Shown here piece after piece: positions 10,004-18,836 of a DNA stretch of 64,000 bases (positions within the stretch are counted from its first letter, which is position 1; each line of letters starts with the position of its first letter). The notes under the pieces are model-generated. The model searched no databases. It saw only the letters and a program-made list of their open reading frames with translations, and was not told where the DNA came from. Source of the DNA: Planctomycetota bacterium (GTDB lineage Bacteria > Planctomycetota > UBA1135 > UBA2386); the NCBI GenBank assembly GCA_965228735.1, contig OZ245838.1:4384001-4448000 (forward strand). Reading direction: 5' to 3'. The position numbers were made by a program, and so were the translations under genes.

Positions 10004-10824
10004 TCGGACTCTATCTGTACAACAACCTCCACGCCGGGGACCAGCTGTTCAGCCGGCCGCTCTACCGGGCCCTGGCGGCGACGGGCCGCTTCGCGCTCGT
10101 GCTCGGCGCCCACCGCAACAACGCGTACCTGTTCGAGGATCTAGCGGGGCCGAACGTCCGCCTGCACGTGAGCGACTACGTCGAACGCGGCCCGACCGTG
10201 CTCTACGACCTCGGGGCCGACGCCCCTGCCGGAACGCTGCCGGTCAGCACCTGGCTCGGCGAGTATCCCGACACCGGCAATCACCAGTGGCGCCACGTCG
10301 TCGAGGTATGCCGGCGGCAGCTCGCGGATCACGGCATCGAGTGGCCGGTCGACACCGAGCGCGTGCCCATGCTCGACTTCGCGCCGCGCGCGCTGTCGAT
10401 GCAGGTGCGGCGTCCGGCCATCTACATCGACAACAGCCGCTGCCGCAGCGGTCAGTCGGACTTCGAGTTCGACCTCGACGCGCTGGCCCGGCTCGCACCC
10501 GATCACGCGCTGATCTGCACACAACGGACCGACTCGACGGCCACCAACGTCGTCGACGCTTCGCATCTCGACCTGCGTGATCTGTCGATGCTCAGCGAGC
10601 AGTGCGACCTCGTGCTCGGCAAGGGCAGCGGCCCGTTCTGCTGCACCTACACCGAGGCCAATCGATTCCGTCCGCGGGCGGTGTGTGGCTACCACTCCGA
10701 GCTCTCGCCGACGTTCTGGGACTACGAGGGCAACCCGCTGCAGTACCTGGACACGATGGCCGAGGTCCTCGAGTTCGTCGGCGCGACGCTCGCTGCCCGA
10801 GAGGAGGAGGTGACGGCATGCTGA
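10000..10824 (+). CDS. Hypothetical protein, possibly GT-B/GT9-like glycosyltransferase
   Basis: ATGA-coupled start. YNNLHAGDQLFSRP and CDLVLGKGSGPF resemble GT9-type motifs. Paralog at 12046-12879. Confidence 0.65.
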   Translation: MIGLYLYNNLHAGDQLFSRPLYRALAATGRFALVLGAHRNNAYLFEDLAGPNVRLHVSDYVERGPTVLYDLGADAPAGTLPVSTWLGEYPDTGNHQWRHVVEVCRRQLADHGIEWPVDTERVPMLDFAPRALSMQVRRPAIYIDNSRCRSGQSDFEFDLDALARLAPDHALICTQRTDSTATNVVDASHLDLRDLSMLSEQCDLVLGKGSGPFCCTYTEANRFRPRAVCGYHSELSPTFWDYEGNPLQYLDTMAEVLEFVGATLAAREEEVTAC

Positions 10825-12092
10825 CCATTCCCCGACCCGAGGCCGTCGCGCTTCCCGAGCCGGTCGAGTCCGACAGCGGCCGGTGGCACGTCCGCGTTCC
10901 CGTCGGCGAACGCGGCGCCGCCCACGTCGTCGCGCCCACTCGCCGACAGGTCGTTCGCGACGCCAACGCGCTGCGCACGGCGGCTCCGGAGCTCGAACGT
11001 CTGCACCGCGCCCTCGCGGCGAACGATGTCGTCACCGCTCGCGATGCGCTGGCCGAGCTGTCGTCCGAGGCCGCGGCGCTGCGGCTCGTGCTGATCGCCG
11101 GCTACCTCGACGAGCCGTCGTGCGCGGCGACGCAGACGATGCTCGGCCTGACGTGCCTCGCGGCCGGCCGGCTGCGCGAAGCCCGCTTCCACCTGCTGCG
11201 CGCCGTTCCGGGTCAACCCGAGCAGTTCGCGGTCGGCCGCGGGCTGCGCGGCTTTCGCTGGCATCCCGAGGCGGCCGCGGCAGCGCTCGTCGCGGGCGTC
11301 GCGATGCAGGCCGTCGGCGAGACCGAAGCGGCTCACGATCTGCTCGCGCTGCTGCGCGAGCAGGTCGAGGTCGCCCGCATCGCGGCGATCTGCCGCGACT
11401 TCCCCAATCACGTGCTGTGGCGCCGCCCTGACGTCCTGCGACACGTGCGCGGCGTGGTGCAGGTCGGCGCCAACGTCGGCGACGAGGCCCCGTGCTGGCG
11501 CGATCTCGGGATCCGTCACCTGCTCGCGTTCGAGCCGGTACCCGCGGCCTACGACACCCTGTGCGCGACCCTTCGGCGGCACGCGCCGCCGGCATCCGAC
11601 TGGCGCGCGCTGCCGCTCGCGGTGGCGGACCGAGCCGGTTCACTGCCGTTCTGGGAGGGCGAGCAGACCGGCAACAGCTCGTTCCTCGAGCTCCACCCGG
11701 AGCGCTCCGAGTTCCACCAGCAGAACCGGCACGCCCATCGCATCACGGTCGAGACGACGACGCTCGATCGGTTCTTCGCCAGCGCCCCCGAGCGGCTACG
11801 CGAGCACAACCTGATCTTCATGGACGTGCAGGGCACCGAGCACCTCGTGATCGAGGGCGCGCTCCACAGCCTGCCGGCCTTCGACTTCGTCTGCATGGAG
11901 CTCAGCGAGACCGAGATCTACCGCGATTCGTGGACCGTCGATCGCATGGACGCGCTCATGCACTCGAAGGGCTTCGTCAAGATCGCGGCCGAGCCGAACG
12001 ACTGGCCCGAACAGCTCGATGCGATCTACGCCCGGGCCGACCGGCTCACGCCGAACGGAGCCGTGGCCGCCGGGGATTCGACCGCGCGCTGA
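10818..12092 (+). CDS. FkbM family methyltransferase with an N-terminal TPR-like helical region
   Basis: GGAGGAGG RBS. VVQVGANVG, FEPVP, VETTTLDRF, FMDVQGTEHLVIEG motifs. Confidence 0.85.
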   Translation: MLTIPRPEAVALPEPVESDSGRWHVRVPVGERGAAHVVAPTRRQVVRDANALRTAAPELERLHRALAANDVVTARDALAELSSEAAALRLVLIAGYLDEPSCAATQTMLGLTCLAAGRLREARFHLLRAVPGQPEQFAVGRGLRGFRWHPEAAAAALVAGVAMQAVGETEAAHDLLALLREQVEVARIAAICRDFPNHVLWRRPDVLRHVRGVVQVGANVGDEAPCWRDLGIRHLLAFEPVPAAYDTLCATLRRHAPPASDWRALPLAVADRAGSLPFWEGEQTGNSSFLELHPERSEFHQQNRHAHRITVETTTLDRFFASAPERLREHNLIFMDVQGTEHLVIEGALHSLPAFDFVCMELSETEIYRDSWTVDRMDALMHSKGFVKIAAEPNDWPEQLDAIYARADRLTPNGAVAAGDSTAR

Positions 12093-12879
12093 CCTGACTG
12101 CGCACGAAGTCGGCGAGCTGGTCCATCGTCCCGAGATACTCGAGCGGGTTGCCGGGATAGTCCCAGAACGTGCCGTGGTCGTGGCGGTCGTGACCACAGA
12201 CGGCCTTGGGCTTGTCACGATTGCGTTCGGTCAGGGTGACCGCGAACGGCTGCCACGTCGTGCCGATCAGGAACTCGCAGCGTTCGGCCAGCAGCGCCGT
12301 CTGCACGAGATCACGATCGGAGACGTCGAGCAGGCGATCGTGCGAAAGCGGCGGCGGCTCGGTGCAGAGGAACGCGTGGTCGGGCAGCACGGCGAGCAGG
12401 CGCTCGACATCGAACACGAACCAGGTCTCGGCATCGTGGCTGCGCCGGGTCTCGAGCAGGACCGCGGGGCGCAGCAGATCCCAAGGCGGCGGCGCCACCT
12501 CGAACTGCAACAGCGGCGCGTCCCGCTCCGCATCCAGACAGACCGGCAACCCGAGGGCGCGCAGCCGACGGTTGAGCACGGTCGCGACCGAGCGCCACTG
12601 CGGCTGCCGCGTGTCGCGATAGCCCTCGAGGGCGAGGTCGACCGCGGCGTGGTCGGGCGGACACCAGGCTCGCAGGTCCGCGAGCGCGCCGCCGAGGTGT
12701 CCGGGCAGCGGCGCCTCGACGACGCGGATCCCGGGCAGATCGGCGAACAGATACCCATCGCCGCGGCTGCATCCGACCGCCACGTCATAGCCGGCCTCGA
12801 CCAGACCGCGCAGCGCCGGACGCTGGATGACGCGCGCCGCGAGCGGTGCGTTGTCGTAGACGTAGAGCGACGCGGTCAT
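12046..12879 (-). CDS. Hypothetical protein, diverged paralog of 10000-10824
   Basis: Shares YLF.DL, QWR.V..V..R.L, FD...L....PDHA..CT and TFWDY.GNPL.YL.TM with 10000-10824. ATGA-coupled to the upstream gene. Confidence 0.72.
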   Translation of the reverse strand: MTASLYVYDNAPLAARVIQRPALRGLVEAGYDVAVGCSRGDGYLFADLPGIRVVEAPLPGHLGGALADLRAWCPPDHAAVDLALEGYRDTRQPQWRSVATVLNRRLRALGLPVCLDAERDAPLLQFEVAPPPWDLLRPAVLLETRRSHDAETWFVFDVERLLAVLPDHAFLCTEPPPLSHDRLLDVSDRDLVQTALLAERCEFLIGTTWQPFAVTLTERNRDKPKAVCGHDRHDHGTFWDYPGNPLEYLGTMDQLADFVRSQVSARSNPRRPRLRSA

Positions 12880-14666
12880 GACCCCACCCGTTCGAAGAAA
12901 CCGATGACGCGGTGACCGAGCGGCGTCGGGTCGGAACCCACGAATAGCAAGCCGCGGTCGCCGAGCCAGCGGACGAGCTCGTGGTGCGGCCCGGTGTCGG
13001 CATAGGCCGCGTGGTGATGCATGGCGACGCACAGCGTTCGCACGTTCGCCAGCAGCTGCTCGCCACCGCGCAGCACGGCTGCTTCCTCGCCCGGCAGATC
13101 GAGGACGAGGACCTCGGCGTCGGCCGGGTCGAGCCCCCCCTCCGCCACGAGCCGATCGAGGGTCGTGGTCGCGCACGGCGCCATGGGTTCGAGCACCGGC
13201 GTGCCGCTACGGCCGGCGAATGCCGCGGTGAACGGCCGCAGCGTCACCTGGCCAGTGGACGGGTCACGCCAGCGCTGCCGCTCGGCACACGCGTCCGAGA
13301 GCCAGCAGGTCAGCACCGGGTCGGCAAGACCTGGCGACACCGGCTGACCGTGCGGCAGCCAGGTCACCCGAAGGCCGAGCTCGCCCGCGAATGCCGCGCC
13401 GGCGTCACCCCCGGCGCCGATCCAGAGCACCGCTCGCGCGACGCCCAACAACTCCGGCTGGGTCCACAACGGGTGCGCCGGCGCCGAGGCGAGGCAGAGC
13501 TGCTGCCGCCGCCGCGTCTCGACGCGACGTCGCACGCGATCCAGCAGCTGCCGCGCGGCGCCCTCGTCATGGCGGAGCGCGAGGTGGACCTGCGCGAGCG
13601 CGGCCACCAACTCGCTGTCGGTGAGGTCGTCGTCGAGCAGCCGCTCCAGCAACGCGGCGCCGAGATCGAGGTTGCCGCGGAGGCACCAGAAGGCGCCGGC
13701 CGTTCGCAGCAGACGTCGACCGTGAGGCTGCGCGAGCAGCGCTTGCTCGAGCCAACCCTCGAACCGGTCATCGAGTTCCAGCAGGTGCGTTCGCAGACCC
13801 TCGAAACCATCGATCTCACCGCTGGCGAGGCACCGCAGCGCGTCGCGCCCGCGACCTTCGAGCACCGGCCACTGGCGCACGGCCGTGCGGAGCTGGCCCT
13901 CGTCGGGCGCCGCGAGAACGAGCTCGTAGGCGTGCCGGGCGCGATCGCGGTCGCGATAGGCAACATGCCGACCCGCGACCGCGAGCCACTGATCGGAGTC
14001 GGTGAACACCGAGAACTCGCCCGCCTCGCCGCCCTCGCCGGCCACCTGGCGCCAGCGCGGGCCACTGCTCACGCACGCCGGCACGAACGAGCGTTCGTCG
14101 TCACCGTCCCGACGCTGGTAGAGGTGGATCGCGTGCCCGTGACCGAGGCGCTCGAGCGGACGGCCACGCGGCCGGAGGAAGCGCTCCTCGAGATCGAAGA
14201 CGAAGCGATCGACGTCGTCGGGTCGCGCGACGTCGACCCGTTCCTGGGCGCGATCGACGATCGCGATGAGCCCGCCGACCCGGACCGACGGCGCCAGGGC
14301 GCGCCAGCACGCCGCGACGTCGTCGTAGCCCTGGTCGCGATCGATGAGCAGCACGTCGATGGCCGCCGGCGTCGGCTCGTCCGGATCGGTGATCGTGACG
14401 ACCCGATCGGCGAGGCAGAGCAGCGCGCGTTCACGCGTGCCGTCGCCGCCGTGGCCGAGCTGCACGATCGTGCGGCACGGCTCGAGCTGCAGCAGGCGGC
14501 GGAGCAGCGCGTCGAACACCGCCTGTGGGTGCTCGATCGCGGCGGCATGACGCCCGGGGCGCTGGTCCTCGTCGAAGCCGAACGTGGCCCGGCCGACCCC
14601 GGCCAGAATCAGCTCGCGCACCGCCTCGAGGCAACGGTGGGCCCGGTTCGGAGTCGCCACCGCCAT
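12876..14666 (-). CDS. Multidomain protein: degenerate Methyltransf_24-like domain, TPR-like helices, degenerate FkbM-like domain
   Basis: IDVLLIDRDQGYDDV...VRVGGLIAIVD in the N-terminal part. CATTTLDRL...LVLDLPGEEAAVLRGG in the C-terminal part. Confidence 0.65.
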   Translation of the reverse strand: MAVATPNRAHRCLEAVRELILAGVGRATFGFDEDQRPGRHAAAIEHPQAVFDALLRRLLQLEPCRTIVQLGHGGDGTRERALLCLADRVVTITDPDEPTPAAIDVLLIDRDQGYDDVAACWRALAPSVRVGGLIAIVDRAQERVDVARPDDVDRFVFDLEERFLRPRGRPLERLGHGHAIHLYQRRDGDDERSFVPACVSSGPRWRQVAGEGGEAGEFSVFTDSDQWLAVAGRHVAYRDRDRARHAYELVLAAPDEGQLRTAVRQWPVLEGRGRDALRCLASGEIDGFEGLRTHLLELDDRFEGWLEQALLAQPHGRRLLRTAGAFWCLRGNLDLGAALLERLLDDDLTDSELVAALAQVHLALRHDEGAARQLLDRVRRRVETRRRQQLCLASAPAHPLWTQPELLGVARAVLWIGAGGDAGAAFAGELGLRVTWLPHGQPVSPGLADPVLTCWLSDACAERQRWRDPSTGQVTLRPFTAAFAGRSGTPVLEPMAPCATTTLDRLVAEGGLDPADAEVLVLDLPGEEAAVLRGGEQLLANVRTLCVAMHHHAAYADTGPHHELVRWLGDRGLLFVGSDPTPLGHRVIGFFERVGS

Positions 14667-14818
14667 CACCGATCGCAGCCGCGCCTTCCGAGGTCGACCT
14701 GGGTCTCGACGCTCGCCATACCGCGGTGGTATCGGAACTTCGGCCGCACCGGCTTGAGCGCGGCGCGCCCGAGGTCGCCGCACCTCGAAACCCGTGTGAT
14801 CGCCCGGCCGTGAATCGG

Positions 14819-17287
14819 TCAGTGCACGGTGACCACGAGCGTATCCGTCAGCGCCACGGGCGCCGGCGTGACGCACCCCGGCGAGGTGAACAGCTCCGCA
14901 GCCTGGATGCCGATCGGCTGACCGATGAACGCCGGCGCGTACGGGATCGCGAGCGAATGCGTCTGCGCGAGAACGGGTGACACCCAGCTGTGCCCGAGCG
15001 TGCAGCTGCTGCAGAGTGCCTGGGAGCCGACGAAGCCGTAGCCGATGAACGTCAGCCCGCTGGCACCACCGACGGTCGTCCTGACATCGGTTCCGATCGC
15101 GCCGTTGCCCACTGCCGCGATCGTCGCCGTGCCGCAGCCGTGCGGGATGCGCTGCACGGCGCACGTCGAGCCGTAGAACCCGAGCCCCGGTGACGGCGCC
15201 CCGCCCGCCAGTGCGAAGTTGCCGCCGATGAGGAGCGTGCCGTTCGGCTGGACGGCCAACGCGTCGACCGCGCCATCCGTGCCAGGCGGCAGGGCGGACC
15301 ACGTCGTTCCATCCCAGGCGGCGACGTTGTCGGCAGGAACGCCGTCCGCCACGGTGAAGCTGCCGCCCGCGATCAGCTCGCCGGTCGGCAACATCCGCAG
15401 CGCGCTCACGGCGCGATCCATGCCCGCACCGAACGCCGACCAGTTGCTGCCGTCCCAGCGCGCGATGTGGTTCGCCGGTGTGGTGCCGGCCTGCGTGAAC
15501 GAGCCGCCGACGACGAGGTCGCCGCCGGGCAGAACGGCGATGGCGTTGACGCCGGTGAACGTGCCGGCGATTCCCTGGCCGAGCGGGGACCACGTCGCGC
15601 CGTCCCAACGCGCGATGCGATTGCAGACGGTGCCACCCGCCATCGAGAACCCGCCGCCGGCGACGAGGTCACCGTTCGGCAGCCGGGCGAGCGCCTGCAC
15701 CGGGCCATCGAACCCGGGGCCGAAGGTGTGCCAACTCGCGCCATCCCAGCGCGCGATGCCGTTGCAGACCATGCCGCCGGCGGTGGTGAAACTGCCACCG
15801 GCAACCAGATCGCCATTGGGCAGGGTGAGCAGGGCGTGCACGCGCCCGTTGGCGACGCCGCTCCCCAGGGCCAACCAGTTCGACCCGTCCCACAGTGCCA
15901 GGATGTCGATGCTGGGAGTGCTCGCCGAGAACCCGCCGCCGACGGCGATCTCGCCGCTCGGCAGCTCCGCGAGCGCCTGGACCGCCGAGGTGCGCCCCGG
16001 ACCGAGCGCGTTCCACGTCGAGCCGCTGCGCAGCGCGACGCGCTGGGCCAGGACGCCGCCGACACCGGTGAACGTGCCGCCGGCGACGATGTCGCCGTTG
16101 CTCAGGGCGAGGACGGACTGGACCACACCATTGAAGCCGGCCTCGCCCAGCGACGACCAGCTCGCGCCGTTCCACTGCGCGATCGAGCTCACCGCCGTGC
16201 CGCCGGCGAGATTGAAGTTGCCACCGGCCACGATATCCCCGCCGGGCATCGCGGTGAGCGACTGCACGTTCGGGCCGAAGCTGCCGCCGAGGACCTGCCA
16301 CGACGTGCCGGTCCAACGGGCGACGCCGTTGCGCGAGATACCGCTCATGATGAACCGACCGCCAGCAACGAGATCGCCGTTCGGAGCGGTGGCGAGCGCC
16401 GCGACGGTCGTATTGCCGAGGACGCCGAGCGGCGTCCACGTGGTGCCGTCCCACAACGCGACACGCGGACCGGGACTCGAGAAGTAGCCGCCCGCGACGA
16501 CGTGCCCGTTCGGCAGCGTGGTGACCGCGAGCGCGGTGCCGTTTAGGCCGGCGCCGAGCGGGGACCAAGACGTTCCGTCCCAGCGCGCGGCGCGATTGGC
16601 GGCGACGCCGCCGGCACTCGTGAAGTTGCCGGCCGCGATCAGGTCGCCGCCGGGAGCCACGGCCAACGCCTTGATCTCCTGGTTCATGCCACTGCCGAGC
16701 GGCGACCAGCTGCTGCCGTCCCAGCGCGCGATGCGATTGGCTGCGACGCCGCCGATGCTCGTGAAGTCGCCGGCCGCGATCACGTCACCGCCAGGCATCT
16801 TCACCAGCGCTTCGACGGTGTCGTTGGCCCCGATGCCGAGCGGCGACCAGGCCGAACCGTCCCAGCGCGCGAGGCGTTGGCACGGGATGCCACCCGCGGA
16901 GCTGAAGTGCCCGCCGGCGACGAGATCGCCGTTCGGCAGCGCCGTGACCGCGAGCACACCGTCGTTCATGCCGCTGCCGAACGCGGACCACTGACCGTTG
17001 TGCCAGGACGCGATCCGGGAGGCCGCGATGTTGCCGGCATACCGGAAGAAACCGACCGCCACGAGCCGCGGCGCGGCCGGCCCCGAACCATCGGGGTCCC
17101 AGGGCGTCATCGCCGACACGGTGCCGGTCACGCCCGGGACGCCGTCACCGGGCAGCCACTGGGTCGAGCATTGGGCGACGGTGGGCGCGGCGAGCGTGAG
17201 CGCGAGCAGCGCCGCAAGCGCGCGAAGTGAACGTGGGCCAGGTGGAATCGGGCCAGGTGAGTTCGGACCAGTGGCGAGGTCGATCAT
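14819..17287 (-). CDS. Secreted 14-repeat beta-propeller protein (NGDLVAGG/ARWDG repeats) with the shared C-terminal domain
   Basis: Signal peptide ending PTVA|QC. 14 repeats of ~47 aa V.AL..LPNGDLVAGG.F..AGG....IARWDG..W..LG. Ends IPYAPAFIGQPIGIQ...LTDTLVVTVH. Confidence 0.85.
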   Translation of the reverse strand: MIDLATGPNSPGPIPPGPRSLRALAALLALTLAAPTVAQCSTQWLPGDGVPGVTGTVSAMTPWDPDGSGPAAPRLVAVGFFRYAGNIAASRIASWHNGQWSAFGSGMNDGVLAVTALPNGDLVAGGHFSSAGGIPCQRLARWDGSAWSPLGIGANDTVEALVKMPGGDVIAAGDFTSIGGVAANRIARWDGSSWSPLGSGMNQEIKALAVAPGGDLIAAGNFTSAGGVAANRAARWDGTSWSPLGAGLNGTALAVTTLPNGHVVAGGYFSSPGPRVALWDGTTWTPLGVLGNTTVAALATAPNGDLVAGGRFIMSGISRNGVARWTGTSWQVLGGSFGPNVQSLTAMPGGDIVAGGNFNLAGGTAVSSIAQWNGASWSSLGEAGFNGVVQSVLALSNGDIVAGGTFTGVGGVLAQRVALRSGSTWNALGPGRTSAVQALAELPSGEIAVGGGFSASTPSIDILALWDGSNWLALGSGVANGRVHALLTLPNGDLVAGGSFTTAGGMVCNGIARWDGASWHTFGPGFDGPVQALARLPNGDLVAGGGFSMAGGTVCNRIARWDGATWSPLGQGIAGTFTGVNAIAVLPGGDLVVGGSFTQAGTTPANHIARWDGSNWSAFGAGMDRAVSALRMLPTGELIAGGSFTVADGVPADNVAAWDGTTWSALPPGTDGAVDALAVQPNGTLLIGGNFALAGGAPSPGLGFYGSTCAVQRIPHGCGTATIAAVGNGAIGTDVRTTVGGASGLTFIGYGFVGSQALCSSCTLGHSWVSPVLAQTHSLAIPYAPAFIGQPIGIQAAELFTSPGCVTPAPVALTDTLVVTVH

Positions 17288-17386
17288 CAGGGGTTCCGCA
17301 GAAGGCGAAGTCGAAGCACGTGCGAGCCCCGAGCGTATCGATTCCCGAGTGCGCCGGGGGGATTCGGCGGCATCCCCGCCCCGGCC

Positions 17387-17962
17387 TCAGGCGTAGAGCC
17401 AGAGGAAGAACAGCGGAACCGCGAACCCCGTGGCGGTCAGCCACGCGCCGCGGCCGGTGATGCCCTTCTTGCCCTTGAGCATGAACATGCCGGTGATCGC
17501 CAGCACGATCAGCGCTACCGCGAACGCGTCGGCGATCCACGTCCACAACCGCTTGGGGTGGTTGAGGTGCAGCGAGTTGGCCTCGCGCAAGAGGAACCGC
17601 GGGGTGACGCGCTCCTGTCGGACGTCGCCGTTCTCGAGCTCGACGTCGATGGTGTGGTTGGTGCGGATGATCCGCAGCTGCCCGGGCTCGGGCACGAAGA
17701 CGGTGCGGAAGTCGGTCGGGCTGTGCAGTCGCTCGAGCACGTCGCGCGCGACCGCTTCGTCGTCGCGGCCCGCGGCCGAGCCGGCTGCGGCAACCGGACC
17801 GATGTTCGACTGCGTGACCTCGATCGAGTAGTTGGGGTTCCAGTCCTCGACGTGGTTCACCGCGATGCCGGAGATCGAGTAGATCAGCACGAGCCCGACG
17901 CAGAGATAGCCGACGTCGCGGTGGATCGTGCGGAACCACCAGCGCCAACCGCGACGTGCCAA
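17387..17962 (-). CDS. PepSY-associated TM helix domain protein
   Basis: RTIHRDVGY...YSISGIAVNH, LHLNH...WTWIADAFA...ITGMFM, three hydrophobic helices. TTG start 4 nt after the upstream stop. Confidence 0.8.
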   Translation of the reverse strand: MARRGWRWWFRTIHRDVGYLCVGLVLIYSISGIAVNHVEDWNPNYSIEVTQSNIGPVAAAGSAAGRDDEAVARDVLERLHSPTDFRTVFVPEPGQLRIIRTNHTIDVELENGDVRQERVTPRFLLREANSLHLNHPKRLWTWIADAFAVALIVLAITGMFMLKGKKGITGRGAWLTATGFAVPLFFLWLYA

Positions 17963-17966
17963 CGGC

Positions 17967-18611
17967 TCAGATCTCCCAGCGCGCGCCGAGTCCGCGGAGC
18001 TGCCAGCTGATGCGCGGCTCGGTCACGGTTGCCGGGTCGAACTCTTCGCCCTTCGCCTCGGCGCGCGCGGCCATGATCTCGCGCACGCGTTCGACCGGCG
18101 TGACGATCTTCTGCACGATGCCCTCGGCCGTGATCTCGTGACCCATCGCCTCCATCGGGAAGACGATCTCACCGTCCATGACCTTCACGAACAGCGACTT
18201 GCTGTTGTCGTCGTCGCTCTTGAGTCGGGCCCAGCAGCCGGCCTTGGCGCAGACGCCGACGGCGTCGCCCTTGACGAGCACGCGCTTGCCCTCGTAGTCC
18301 GCGGGCGCGGCGAGGATCTTCGAGATCGGCGTGATCTCGGTCAGCGTGAACCCCATGCCGGCACCCGGGGTCGGCGCGGCGGCGGCCACGCCTTCTGCCG
18401 CGCAGTGGTCGCAGGCCTCGCCCTCGGCGTGGTCCGCGCCGTGTTCCTCGGCGTGCTCGGTCGCCGCGAGGCCCTCCGCCGCACAGGCGGCACAACCCGC
18501 GTGCTCACCGTTGCCGGCGGCGTGATCCGCGGCCTGGGCCTGGGATTCCTTGCTGCAGCCGAGGGGAAGGGCGCAGAGCGCCATGACGAACAGTGCGATC
18601 GGGGTCTTCAT
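17967..18611 (-). CDS. DUF4920-like lipoprotein with a His/Cys-rich N-terminal linker
   Basis: Lipobox LPLG|C. YEGKRVLVKG...VCAKAGCW...DGEIVFP...AEG OB-fold pattern. Confidence 0.75.
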   Translation of the reverse strand: MKTPIALFVMALCALPLGCSKESQAQAADHAAGNGEHAGCAACAAEGLAATEHAEEHGADHAEGEACDHCAAEGVAAAAPTPGAGMGFTLTEITPISKILAAPADYEGKRVLVKGDAVGVCAKAGCWARLKSDDDNSKSLFVKVMDGEIVFPMEAMGHEITAEGIVQKIVTPVERVREIMAARAEAKGEEFDPATVTEPRISWQLRGLGARWEI

Positions 18612-18836
18612 CGGTGGGATCCGGGTGTCGTGGGGAAACGGGCGAAACAACATAGCGTACGATCAACTCGCATCGAGGGAATACGACGTACACCCCACCC
18701 CGCGAACGGCCGGTGGCCGAGTCTGCGTGATCGGCGCAGCGACCGGCAACGCGAACACAGGGTCGCCTCCCAGCCAACTTGCCCGGATCTGGCTACTCTG
18801 GCTCTGTTCCTCGAGACCCGAAAGGAAGCCCCAAGC

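Noticed and set aside
14667..15608. N-terminal extension of the 910-aa ORF 12876-15608
   Set aside because: It is an off-frame overlap with the propeller gene. Protein-like sequence begins near 14666.
17928..18836. N-terminal 303 aa of the 1114-aa ORF
   Set aside because: It overlaps the DUF4920 gene on the other strand. The real start is ATG 18837, which has an RBS and a signal peptide.
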